Positions 35,899-46,867 of a DNA stretch of 64,000 nt are shown piece after piece. Source of the stretch: Rhodothermaceae bacterium (GTDB lineage: Bacteria; Bacteroidota; Rhodothermia; Rhodothermales; Bin80). Position 1 is the stretch's first letter. Each line of letters begins with the position of its first letter. Made by a program: the position numbers and the translations under genes. The notes below the pieces were generated by a model. That model saw nothing but the letters and a program-made list of their open reading frames with translations, was not told where the DNA came from and made no database searches. The stretch covers positions 86,380 through 150,379 of the forward strand of contig VXLY01000082.1 of the NCBI GenBank assembly GCA_009841335.1, read 5' to 3'.

Positions 35899-36252
35899 TG
35901 TTTAATCCGTGCCAACATTATACAAGCGGGCATGCTACGATCACTGATCACAATTGTGTCACTTGACATGAAATAGCGCACAATGCCCTGTCATTCTGTT
36001 TTGTGCTGAATCCATGGACCCTACGAACGGAACCCCGAAGCGCCGGGTTTTCGATCCGGAAGAAGTATTTGGTTTTTATCGATTAGGGCTGAACACCCGG
36101 TGTTACCGGACATCAATGATCAGACTGGTTCGATGTCTGGGTTCCCCTCTCTGTTATGAATTCAAGGTGTGAGCTTGTGCTGAAGGACAAGGATACAGCA
36201 CTAACGGGCGGTGGATCCCAAGTGACACTATTCGCAAAACGCATAGTGCATA

Positions 36253-37329
36253 TCACCCACATGCACTAAGCACGCCCTTTTTTTCATTAACCGAGCCAAT
36301 TAACGGATCAATCTCACGCTGACGCCACTCTAGGACTATCTGGTTTAACTCCTCCTGATAAAGAAGGAAAGTATCATGACCATGCGGGCCCTCCATAATC
36401 GCCAACTCTGAATTTGGAATGTATTCAACAAGTTCTTCTGACTCTTCCAGTAAGTAAAGAACATCCGAGCGAACACCAATGGCCAGTGTAGGCTGGAGAA
36501 TAGTTGAAAGTACTGCTTCGTAGGTCCCCCGCCCCTGCGACACATCATGTGTATCCATCATGTACGTCAGGTAAACATAACAGGCCGGATCAAACCGACT
36601 GACAATATTATCGCCATGATGCCGGAGCCAAGCTTCAACCTCAAAGGAGTTTGATCCATTCTGGTTACGTCCAAACCTGCCCTCGAAAGACGCCAGCGAT
36701 CGGTACGATACCATGGCCATCATTCGCGCAGCGGCCAATCCATCTCTAGGAGGATTGTGCGACGCATAATTGCCCCCTTCCCACTTGGGATCTGCATAAA
36801 TGGCCTGTCGTTGTGCCTCGCTCCAGGCGATGCACCACGACGAGTGACGTCCACCAACTGCAATCGGTACGACTCCGCGTACGTAATCGGTCCCATAGTA
36901 TGCCCACTCAAGCGCCTGCATGCCTCCCATACTCCCGCCTATGGCAAACGCAATACTTCGCACACCCAGCCTGTCCAACAATTTCTTATGCAGCACAACC
37001 GTATCCCGCACCGTTGCCTGGGGAAGCATATTACCGTAGCTCTTGCCAGTATCTGGATTGACTGAAATCGGGGACAATGTCCCATAAGGAGATCCGATCA
37101 CATTAGCACATATTACAAAGTACTTATCCGTATCAAGTGCCTTACCTGGACCAATGCAACCCGACCACCATGAACGGGCATCCGGTGTGCTCGTCAATGA
37201 ATGCCCAACAATGATCACATTGTCTCTTGCCTCATTAAGCTCGCCCCAACGCTCGTAACCTACCGGGACGTCACTTAAAACTGCACCGTTGGACAATTCC
37301 AGTTTTGGTATGGTCAATATTCTTGGCAT
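36253..37329 (-). CDS. metX: homoserine O-acetyltransferase
   Basis: The start is at the ATG at 37329 (MPRILTI). Alpha/beta-hydrolase nucleophile elbow GGSMGGMQALEWA and GHDTFL near the C-terminus. Confidence 0.9.
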   Translation of the reverse strand: MPRILTIPKLELSNGAVLSDVPVGYERWGELNEARDNVIIVGHSLTSTPDARSWWSGCIGPGKALDTDKYFVICANVIGSPYGTLSPISVNPDTGKSYGNMLPQATVRDTVVLHKKLLDRLGVRSIAFAIGGSMGGMQALEWAYYGTDYVRGVVPIAVGGRHSSWCIAWSEAQRQAIYADPKWEGGNYASHNPPRDGLAAARMMAMVSYRSLASFEGRFGRNQNGSNSFEVEAWLRHHGDNIVSRFDPACYVYLTYMMDTHDVSQGRGTYEAVLSTILQPTLAIGVRSDVLYLLEESEELVEYIPNSELAIMEGPHGHDTFLLYQEELNQIVLEWRQREIDPLIGSVNEKKGVLSACG

Positions 37330-37387
37330 TGAATCTACCGGGCTGCGCACCCGAGCGCACTCAGGTGCGCAGCCCGTCAAAAAATCG

Positions 37388-38767
<1,380 letters not shown>

Positions 38768-38800
38768 TCATCAAAAAGCATTCAGGCTCTCCCACGAAAG

Positions 38801-38832
38801 ATCCCTTCCCAGGTAGGATGGACGGAAGGGAT
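38801..38832 (-). terminator. riboswitch expression-platform hairpin (putative intrinsic terminator)
   Basis: On the minus strand: AUCCCUUCC - 14 nt - GGAAGGGAU (perfect 9 bp) followed by CUUUCGU. The U-tract is weak. Confidence 0.45.
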
Positions 38833-38869
38833 TGGATCAGAGTCGATAACAAAATCGAATCATTCCCCC

Positions 38870-38990
38870 CGCTCATCTGTCCCCGCATAACACGAGGCAG
38901 GAAGTGGCACCTTTCACGCAAGGCGTCCAAACCTTGCAGGGGTTGCCAGGGTTTCACAGGGCCTGAACCCTCCACCCTTCTTGATGAGAC
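38870..38990 (-). promoter_or_regulatory. SAM-I (S-box) riboswitch aptamer upstream of metY-metX
   Basis: The minus strand reads CUCAUCAAGAAGGGUGGAGGGUUCAGGCCCUGUGAAACCCUGGCAACC..GCAAGG..CCUUGC..GGUGCCACUUCCUGC..GACAGAUGAG. This is the conserved S-box core, with P1 closing CUCAUC/GAUGAG. Confidence 0.9.
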
Positions 38991-39080
38991 GGCACGAATA
39001 TCGTGTCAACTGGGACTATTATACGGCTTTATTTGGAAAAGTTCAACACTTTTGCCGTTTCTGCAAAAAAAAATTTGTAT

Positions 39081-40550
39081 TCACCTGCGTGGCAGATCTC
39101 CGTCCCCTTTTGTCGGCAGTGCAATAAACCCCGATAGATACGCGTCTGCGTGCCGGGCGGCCTCCCGCCCTTCACTGATAGCCCACACTATCAGGGACTG
39201 CCCACGGCGTGCATCCCCTGCCGCAAAAATACCTGGCACATTCGTCTGGTAGTCACTGCCTGTCTTGAAATTGCTCCTCTTATCCAGCTTCAGCCCTAAT
39301 GCATCTGCCATACTTGCACCCTCAGGACCGGTATAACCGATGGCCAGTAGCACGAGATCAGCCGGCCACTGCCTCGTTGTACCTTCCAGCTCGATGACCT
39401 TTCGACCTTGAAGTTCTACACTGACCGTTTGTAGACTTTCTACATGGCCATTCCTTCCCTTGAATGCCTTTGTCATAATACTCCAATGACGGTCTGCCCC
39501 CTCCTCGTGAGAGGAACTGGTCCGTAAAACCATCGGATAATAGGGCCACGGCTGGTGTTCCGGACGTTCACCGGGGGGCATCGGTAAAAGTTCAAACTGG
39601 GTAACAGAACGTGCTCCCTGTCGATTGGCAGTACCAACACAGTCACTGCCCGTATCTCCGCCTCCTATAACAATGACATCCTTGCCCCTCGCACTGATAT
39701 GGTCAATGCCTTCACGGACTAGATCGTCTCCGGCGTTAATCTTGTTTTGCTGACGCAAATAGTCAAACGCAAAATGAATGTCCTTCAGTTTGCGTCCACG
39801 GACCGGCAAATCACGGGGGCGTGTAGCTCCTGTGCATACGACAATCGCATCAAAGCTGCGCAGACGTGAACAAGTGTATGTGTTACCTACGTCCGCATGT
39901 GTGATAAACTGAATACCATTCTTCTCCATCACATCAAGCCGACGATCAAGCACCCATTTTTCCAGCTTAAAATCCGGGATCCCATATCGCAACAATCCAC
40001 CAATCCGATCATCCCGTTCCAACACCGTCACACGATGTCCTGCACGGTTGAGTTGATCCGCTGCCGCCAGCCCGGCTGGACCTGATCCTATCACAGCAAC
40101 TTTTTTTCCAGTTCTTTTTACCGGTTGTTCGGGCTCTACCCATCCTGACCGAAATGCATATTCGATGATCTCTTTCTCAATCTGCTCAATCGTAACTGGA
40201 TCATCATTGATCCCCAATACACAGGCCGACTCGCAGGGGGCAGGACAGACTCGTCCAGTGAATTCGGGGAAGTTGTTCGTTGCGTTTAACCGCTCATAGG
40301 CCATGCGCCAATTTCCCTGATAGGTTAGATCATTCCAGTCAGGGATCACATTCCCCAGAGGACAACCTGTCTGGCAGAAAGGCGTCCCGCAATCCATACA
40401 ACGGGCAGCCTGGCGGCGCAGACGGTTCTCACTGAACGGGGTATACACTTCACGCCAATCCGTCACGCGTTCTTCAACCGGGCGCTGGTCGGGGAGCTCG
40501 CGATCGTACTCAATAAATCCGGTGATCTTGGCCATAGTTTCAAGCAGCAA
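39081..40550 (-). CDS. gltD: glutamate synthase (NADPH) small subunit
   Basis: Fe-S Cys clusters ([16 protein letters not shown]; CPAPCESAC), FAD/NAD folds [14 protein letters not shown] and [13 protein letters not shown], and GIFAAGD. Confidence 0.95.
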   Translation of the reverse strand: MLLETMAKITGFIEYDRELPDQRPVEERVTDWREVYTPFSENRLRRQAARCMDCGTPFCQTGCPLGNVIPDWNDLTYQGNWRMAYERLNATNNFPEFTGRVCPAPCESACVLGINDDPVTIEQIEKEIIEYAFRSGWVEPEQPVKRTGKKVAVIGSGPAGLAAADQLNRAGHRVTVLERDDRIGGLLRYGIPDFKLEKWVLDRRLDVMEKNGIQFITHADVGNTYTCSRLRSFDAIVVCTGATRPRDLPVRGRKLKDIHFAFDYLRQQNKINAGDDLVREGIDHISARGKDVIVIGGGDTGSDCVGTANRQGARSVTQFELLPMPPGERPEHQPWPYYPMVLRTSSSHEEGADRHWSIMTKAFKGRNGHVESLQTVSVELQGRKVIELEGTTRQWPADLVLLAIGYTGPEGASMADALGLKLDKRSNFKTGSDYQTNVPGIFAAGDARRGQSLIVWAISEGREAARHADAYLSGFIALPTKGDGDLPRR

Positions 40551-43500
40551 CAGCTAATTGGTCCGACTCGCTGGCCAGACGTCTCAGTGCGTTGCGATAC
40601 TCAATTGGCATTACCTGGATAAACTCCGTCAATGCTGTCTCCCAATTCTTCAGGATCCACCGTGCTGCCCGACTCCCAGTGTACTCATGGTGGTTCTCGA
40701 TCATAGCCCGCAACTCCGCAATGTCTTCCTCATCTTCCACAGGCAGTAATTCAACCGATTCCATATTACAGCGTCCCCTCCTGAATTCAAGTGTGGCATC
40801 AATCACATACGCAATCCCTCCACTCATTCCAGCGGCAAAATTCCGGCCGGTTTCTCCGAGAACGACGACGCGCCCACCGGTCATGTACTCACAACCATGA
40901 TCTCCCACAGCCTCAACCACCGCACGGACCCCGCTGTTTCTCACACAAAAACGTTCACCGGCTCCCCCACGTATGTATACGTCCCCGCTAGTAGCCCCAT
41001 ACAGTGCCACATTGCCCACTGTAACATTCTTATGGGGTATATAGGTCGCCTCTGGTGGCGGCATAATTGTCAATTTAGCCCCCGAGAGACCCTTCCCAAA
41101 GTAATCGTTTGCATCCCCCTGAATATTGAATGTGATGCCCTTGCAGGCGAAGGCGGCAAAGCTTTGCCCAGCGGAGCCGATACAGTTGAAGGTCACCGTA
41201 TCATCCGGCAAAGGCGCGGTGCGAAAACGCTGCGTGATCGCATTACTCAGCATAGTGCCCACAGTCCGGTTGGTATTCCTGATCTGAATATCAGCAATCA
41301 CCGGATCTCGCTTCTCCAGGGTAGGCTTGGCCAAAGCGATAAGCATGTGATCCAAAGCCCCTTCCAGTCCGTGATCCTGCTGGGTGGCCGCGAAGGCCTT
41401 AAACTCCTCCGGTACGTCAGGGCGTACCAGAATCCGTGACAGGTCCAAGTGACGCGCTTTCCAGTGCTTGATATTTCGTCGCGGTTTCAGTAGATCAACA
41501 CGTCCGCGCATCTCCGCGAGCGTACGGACTCCCAGCCGTGCCATTATTTTTCGCAAATCTTCTGCGACAAAATGCAGATAGTTCACAACATGCTCCGGTT
41601 GACCACGAAATTTCTTGCGCAGTTCAGGATCCTGCGTGGCAATTCCCACGGGGCAAGTGTTCAGGTGACATTTGCGCATCATTATGCAGCCGAGAGCCAC
41701 CAACGGGGCGGTCGCAAAACCAAATTCATCTGCACCCAGGAGTGCTGCAACTGCAACATCTCTGCCAGTCTTCATCTGACCATCACACTCCACGATGATA
41801 CGTGAGCGCAATCCGTGGCTCACGAGAGTCTGATGCGTTTCTGAAAGCCCAAGCTCCCACGGCAATCCCGCGTGCATGATGGATGTTTGCGGTGATGCAC
41901 CTGTACCTCCATCCGTGCCGCTTATGAGCACGATATCGGCTTTTCCTTTGGCGACGCCCGCTGCAACCGTTCCTACCCCCACTTCTGATACCAGCTTTAC
42001 ACTGATCCGGGCGCGGGGATTCGCATTCTTGAGATCATGGATCAACTGCGCCAAGTCCTCTATGGAGTAAATGTCATGATGCGGCGGCGGAGAAATCAGT
42101 CCCACATAAGGCGTGGAATGCCGCAACTTTGCAATCCAGGGATACACCTTCTTACCCGGTAACTGACCACCTTCTCCCGGCTTGGCCCCCTGGGCCATCT
42201 TGATTTGAATCTCGTCAGCGCTCTCCAAGTATTCAATCGTCACTCCAAATCTGCCGGAAGCAACCTGCTTGATTCGACTTCGACGTGAATTGTTCTTCCC
42301 GTATCGCTCAGGTCCTTCCCCTCCTTCCCCGGTATTGCTTTTGCCGCCGATGGAGTTCATAGCAATGGCCAGGGCTTCATGCGTTTCTCCGCTGATTGAC
42401 CCATTGGACATGGCCCCGGTCTTAAATGACTTAACAATCTCGATCCATGGCACAACCTCATCGATTTCCACCGGGATTGCCTTTGCGTAGTTGAAGGACA
42501 ACAGCCCCCTTAAGGTGTTTACCGCACCTCTATTAATCTCATCTGCAAACGCCTTGTAGGATCTATGTGACTTCGTTCTTGCCGCTTCCTGCATATTGGC
42601 GATCGCCGTTGGACTGAATGCATGACGCTCACCTCCCCGGCGCCACTGATACTGCCCTCCCACATCCAGAGGGTAAACCCCAGCAACCTGTTTTTCTGGA
42701 TATGCGCGCTCATGCCGCATTACAACCTCTCTTGTGATCTCTTTCAGTCCGATGCCCCCGATCCGTGACGGCGTACGGCAGAAGTACTCGTCAATCACCT
42801 GTGAATTCAACCCAATAGCCTCAAATATCTGTGCACCACGATAACTCTGCAGTGTGGAAATGCCCATTTTGGACATGACTTTCAACAACCCCTGTCCAAT
42901 GGCCTTGATGTAGTACTCTTCGGCGTCTGCTGCGGAATTCTCTCCAAGTTGGCCTTGGTGAGCCATCTGGCGTACGCTGGATAACGCTACGTACGGGCAA
43001 ATTGCCTCTGCCCCATAACCGATCAGCATTGCAAAGTGATGCACTTCACGCGGTTCTCCACTATCTACGATCAGACCACATCGGAGTCGCAACCCTTTTT
43101 CGATCAGGTAATGGTGTACTGCTCCCGTGGCGAGCAAGGCTGGTATGGGCAATTGATCTTTTCCCGCATCGCGGTCAGAAAGAACAATCAGACTACAACC
43201 GTGACTGATGGATCGCCTAGCTTCCTCCTGGAGGCGCTCGAGCGCCATTGACAGTTCCCCGGGCTGAAAACACATATTAAGTGTGGCAACGCCAGCAATC
43301 CCGGTTTCAATTGAAGCCAGATCCACTTCGGTAAGTATTGGCTGATGCAACCGTAACTTTTCGCAATGCCAAGGTCCTTCCGTGAAGAGATTACCACTGG
43401 ATCCCAGGTTCAGTGCAAGTGAGGTTACCATCGATTCACGGATCGCATCGAGCGGAGGATTCGTAACCTGCGCAAAAAGCTGCTTGAAATAATCGTATAG

Positions 43501-45024
43501 CAGCCTCGGCCGATCGGACAATACCGCTAGCGGGGTATCATTGCCCATGGCGCCCACGGGCTCTTTCCCCTTTTCTCCCATAGGAGCCATCAGCAAACGC
43601 AGGTCTTCCAGCGTGTACCCAAACATTTGTTGCCTGAGGAGCAATGAACCTTCCGTCGTCTTCGGTTCTGCGGGGGGAAGCGAAGCAAGCGTTCGCTGAT
43701 GTTCATCTAACCACACACGATAGGGTGCACGTGAACAGATGCGCGCTTTGATTTCTTCATCCTCAATCACGCGCTTTTCCTCCAGGTCAACGAGAAACAT
43801 GCGTCCAGGCTTGAGTCGGCCCTTCCGCAATACGTTTGACTCGGGAATACCGCCAACGCCGGTTTCTGATGCTAGGACGACATAACCGTCCTTGGATATG
43901 TTGTAGCGTGAAGGGCGCAATCCATTACGATCCAGTAGCGCTCCCGCATATCGACCATCTGTGAATGGAATGGTTGCCGGACCATCCCATGGTTCCATCA
44001 GGTTACTGTGATACTGATAAAAAGCCCTTTTTTCATCAGGCATGACCTCATTGTGCTCCCATGCTTCCGGGATGAGCATCATCATCGAGTGGGGGAGTGA
44101 GCGGCCGGTATAGTAGAGCAGTTCAAGAACATTGTCGAGTGCCATAGAGTCACTCCCCCCCTCACGAATGATTGGAACGAGCTTGCGTGTATCCTCACCA
44201 AAACGCTCACTCCTGAACATCACTTCGGCGGCATGCATCTGATTGATGTTACCCCGGAGTGTATTGATCTCTCCATTGTGGCAGAGAAAACGGAACGGCT
44301 GTGCCAGTGACCACTCTGGAAAGGTGTTCGTGCTGAACCTGGAATGCACCATGGCCAATGCACTCTTGAATCGCCTGGAGCTCAGATCCGGATAGTAGGC
44401 CGGAAGCTGTTCTGGCATGAGCATACCCTTATAGACAATGGTTTTTGCGGATAAGCTCGCGAAATAGCATCCATGAATCCTGCGTTCAAGAACACACTGT
44501 TGAAATACTTTCCGAACAAGGTAGAGCTGCCGTTCAAATGTATCCAGGGCAACGTCCCTGCGCCGCTGAACAAAGCACTGCCATATTGCCGGTTCGGTTA
44601 TTTTTGCACCTGGTCCTATGGACGTTGAATCAGTTGGAACCCGTCGCCAGGCTATGAATCCCACGCCCTCTGTTTTCAGGATATTTTCAACTAGCTGCTT
44701 ACAGATTTTTTCATGACGGGGTGGGATAAACACCATCCCCACGCCATAGTCACCCGGTGCTGGCAGCGAAGAAACTTCATTGTCAAAGAATGCATGGGGT
44801 AGTTGTACCAGTATTCCGGCGCCATCTCCTGTTGTTTCGTCACAGCCGCATGCTCCCCTGTGATCCAGTTCCATGAGTATCTCTAGCCCATTTTTCACAA
44901 TACCATGTGAGGGCGTCCCGTCTATACGACAATAAAGTCCTACTCCACACGCATCATGCTCAAATGCGGGATCATATAATCCTTGCTGTTTCATCATCTG
45001 TCCTAAACTCTGCTTCTGAACCAA
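40540..45024 (-). CDS. gltB: glutamate synthase large subunit
   Basis: 1494 aa. N-terminal Ntn amidotransferase HDACGVG, FMN/Fe-S central domain (CHLNTCPVGIATQD), and C-terminal GXGXG beta-helix repeats. Confidence 0.95.
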   Translation of the reverse strand: MVQKQSLGQMMKQQGLYDPAFEHDACGVGLYCRIDGTPSHGIVKNGLEILMELDHRGACGCDETTGDGAGILVQLPHAFFDNEVSSLPAPGDYGVGMVFIPPRHEKICKQLVENILKTEGVGFIAWRRVPTDSTSIGPGAKITEPAIWQCFVQRRRDVALDTFERQLYLVRKVFQQCVLERRIHGCYFASLSAKTIVYKGMLMPEQLPAYYPDLSSRRFKSALAMVHSRFSTNTFPEWSLAQPFRFLCHNGEINTLRGNINQMHAAEVMFRSERFGEDTRKLVPIIREGGSDSMALDNVLELLYYTGRSLPHSMMMLIPEAWEHNEVMPDEKRAFYQYHSNLMEPWDGPATIPFTDGRYAGALLDRNGLRPSRYNISKDGYVVLASETGVGGIPESNVLRKGRLKPGRMFLVDLEEKRVIEDEEIKARICSRAPYRVWLDEHQRTLASLPPAEPKTTEGSLLLRQQMFGYTLEDLRLLMAPMGEKGKEPVGAMGNDTPLAVLSDRPRLLYDYFKQLFAQVTNPPLDAIRESMVTSLALNLGSSGNLFTEGPWHCEKLRLHQPILTEVDLASIETGIAGVATLNMCFQPGELSMALERLQEEARRSISHGCSLIVLSDRDAGKDQLPIPALLATGAVHHYLIEKGLRLRCGLIVDSGEPREVHHFAMLIGYGAEAICPYVALSSVRQMAHQGQLGENSAADAEEYYIKAIGQGLLKVMSKMGISTLQSYRGAQIFEAIGLNSQVIDEYFCRTPSRIGGIGLKEITREVVMRHERAYPEKQVAGVYPLDVGGQYQWRRGGERHAFSPTAIANMQEAARTKSHRSYKAFADEINRGAVNTLRGLLSFNYAKAIPVEIDEVVPWIEIVKSFKTGAMSNGSISGETHEALAIAMNSIGGKSNTGEGGEGPERYGKNNSRRSRIKQVASGRFGVTIEYLESADEIQIKMAQGAKPGEGGQLPGKKVYPWIAKLRHSTPYVGLISPPPHHDIYSIEDLAQLIHDLKNANPRARISVKLVSEVGVGTVAAGVAKGKADIVLISGTDGGTGASPQTSIMHAGLPWELGLSETHQTLVSHGLRSRIIVECDGQMKTGRDVAVAALLGADEFGFATAPLVALGCIMMRKCHLNTCPVGIATQDPELRKKFRGQPEHVVNYLHFVAEDLRKIMARLGVRTLAEMRGRVDLLKPRRNIKHWKARHLDLSRILVRPDVPEEFKAFAATQQDHGLEGALDHMLIALAKPTLEKRDPVIADIQIRNTNRTVGTMLSNAITQRFRTAPLPDDTVTFNCIGSAGQSFAAFACKGITFNIQGDANDYFGKGLSGAKLTIMPPPEATYIPHKNVTVGNVALYGATSGDVYIRGGAGERFCVRNSGVRAVVEAVGDHGCEYMTGGRVVVLGETGRNFAAGMSGGIAYVIDATLEFRRGRCNMESVELLPVEDEEDIAELRAMIENHHEYTGSRAARWILKNWETALTEFIQVMPIEYRNALRRLASESDQLAVAA

Positions 45025-45428
45025 CTTCTATTCCCTGCCATTCGGAGCCCGAATCCGCCGTTGACAGTTCTCCGGAGCCGAAAATGCCAAATGCACCCCA
45101 ACGGGCGTCCTTTACCAAATTCACGTTCCCTTTTGCAATGCAATAATATCGTGATTGTAGATAATTTGTTTCTTATTTAAAATTTTTATGCAATAATGGC
45201 ACATTAACCTTAATAAATTTGGTTTTTTCAAAAAAATTGCTTATTATTTTAGGCATGATCTAAACAGGGGCTCATCTTAACTGACAAATTCGCGGATTTT
45301 TAGTCTATTGCTGATCCTGCCTGTGTTATTGTGGCAAAATAGCGGATCACTCAGTATTTTTTAGCTTGTACCTAAAGTTTGACTCTTTGCAGAACTTCTT
45401 GTTACCTCTTCACATACCTATCCCTTGC

Positions 45429-46142
45429 ATGATGACCAAGCACTTTCCTTTACACACATTCATGATGCTGGTGGTCCTGGTTTCCACGCCATTACTAACC
45501 AACGCCCAATCTATCGGGTTCGGGGCGGATTTCTACAACCGCTATGTATGGCGCGGGTATGACTTCGGGGATTCATTCAGTGTCCAGCCTGGCCTTGCCT
45601 TCACTGCGGGAAATTTTGAACTCGGAACTTGGGGATCATATTCCATTAGTGCCGACGGCGCCGGGGCAAATGAGCACGACCTGTACGCCACCTACAGCTT
45701 CGACCTGGGCAGTACTACCAGTCTGGCACTCACCGTCACAGACTACTATTTCCCAACCGATAGCGACTGGCTTAATTTTGACGGCGACGGTGAAGGAGCA
45801 CACTGGATCGAATTAATGGGCGCGGTAACGCTCCCAGAATCTTTCCCCGTAACACTCTCAGCGGCCTTCATGGTACATAATGACCCTGACAATTCCCTTT
45901 ATCTGGAAGGGGCACTCCCGTTCAGCTTAGGAGATGTAGAGTTGGGGCTCACGCTTGGCGTCGTTGCGGGGATGAGTGGTTTTTACGGCGTAGAAAGCAC
46001 TTCTCTGGTGAACATGGGCCTATCTGCCAGTAAGGATCTGCAAATCACTGAGCAGTTTTCGCTTCCTCTGTCTGCTGCCTACATTATGAATCCAACTACT
46101 GAAAAAACCTATCTCGTCTTCGGATTTTCTCTCAGTCCTTGA
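45429..46142 (+). CDS. outer-membrane beta-barrel porin-like protein (TorF/Gcw_chp-like)
   Basis: Signal peptide MMTKHFPLHTFMMLVVLVSTPLLTNAQS, then FGADFYNRYVWRGYDFGD..LGTWGSYSI with alternating beta-strand pattern and a C-terminal aromatic-rich strand LVFGFSLSP. Confidence 0.6.
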   Translation: MMTKHFPLHTFMMLVVLVSTPLLTNAQSIGFGADFYNRYVWRGYDFGDSFSVQPGLAFTAGNFELGTWGSYSISADGAGANEHDLYATYSFDLGSTTSLALTVTDYYFPTDSDWLNFDGDGEGAHWIELMGAVTLPESFPVTLSAAFMVHNDPDNSLYLEGALPFSLGDVELGLTLGVVAGMSGFYGVESTSLVNMGLSASKDLQITEQFSLPLSAAYIMNPTTEKTYLVFGFSLSP

Positions 46143-46867
46143 GCTCCTGAAGAAAAAATAGCTATCACCGGGTTCCGCAGCGTTCAGAGTGAAGCTGGTG
46201 ATTAATTGTCTGAGCGAAAAACAGCTGGTAGCAGTATTTCACCAAAAAGGACGCTCCCGAAGAATTACGGATACGTCATACAGCCCGCGATGGAACGGGG
46301 GCGGCAGTATTCTGCCTAGGTATTGACATATTGGCGTGTATTGAAGGATCCCGTGACATGCTCTTGGTTCCTTCCCCTTCTGGATGATCTGATGACTGCC
46401 GAGGGCGGCAAACTATAGCTGAAGCCGCTGCCAGGTAAGCACTTCCACATCCTGACCACGTCAACCTAGCAAAGGTATATGCGCTCTAGTAGTACTGCCT
46501 TCTGAAGTCAATGTGCCCGATACAGGAACAGCCTATTACGGTGCCGATCGAATTCCTAGCCATGGAATATCCCGTTGCTGTAGACGCCAATATAGACCGC
46601 ATCATCCATACTACCGATTAAGTGATGCCATGGCCACAATCCGGATGAGTAAAGGGCTGTTTTTGATCTAACAACCGTCGGAGACTGTACAAACGAAAAG
46701 CATCTGCGAAGGAAATGTGTCATGAACAATTACTCCAGAGCCTCACTGGTCATAACGTTGATTGACGGCTTGCATCGTAATGTTCATTAACCGAGATTGG
46801 TCAGGACCCTATACCGTATAAAGCACAGGCTTTGTGTATATGGAGGCTAATTGAAAATACTTCATCA

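Noticed and set aside
40897-41439. 180-aa plus-strand ORF, plus many other 60-100-aa ORFs inside 40540..45024
   Set aside because: All are antisense or out-of-frame within gltB.
45196-45212. Possible sigma-54 promoter (TGGCAC at 45196-45201)
   Set aside because: The -12 element is missing. The sequence reads TGGCAC-ATTAA-CCTTA instead of TGGCAC-N5-TTGC.
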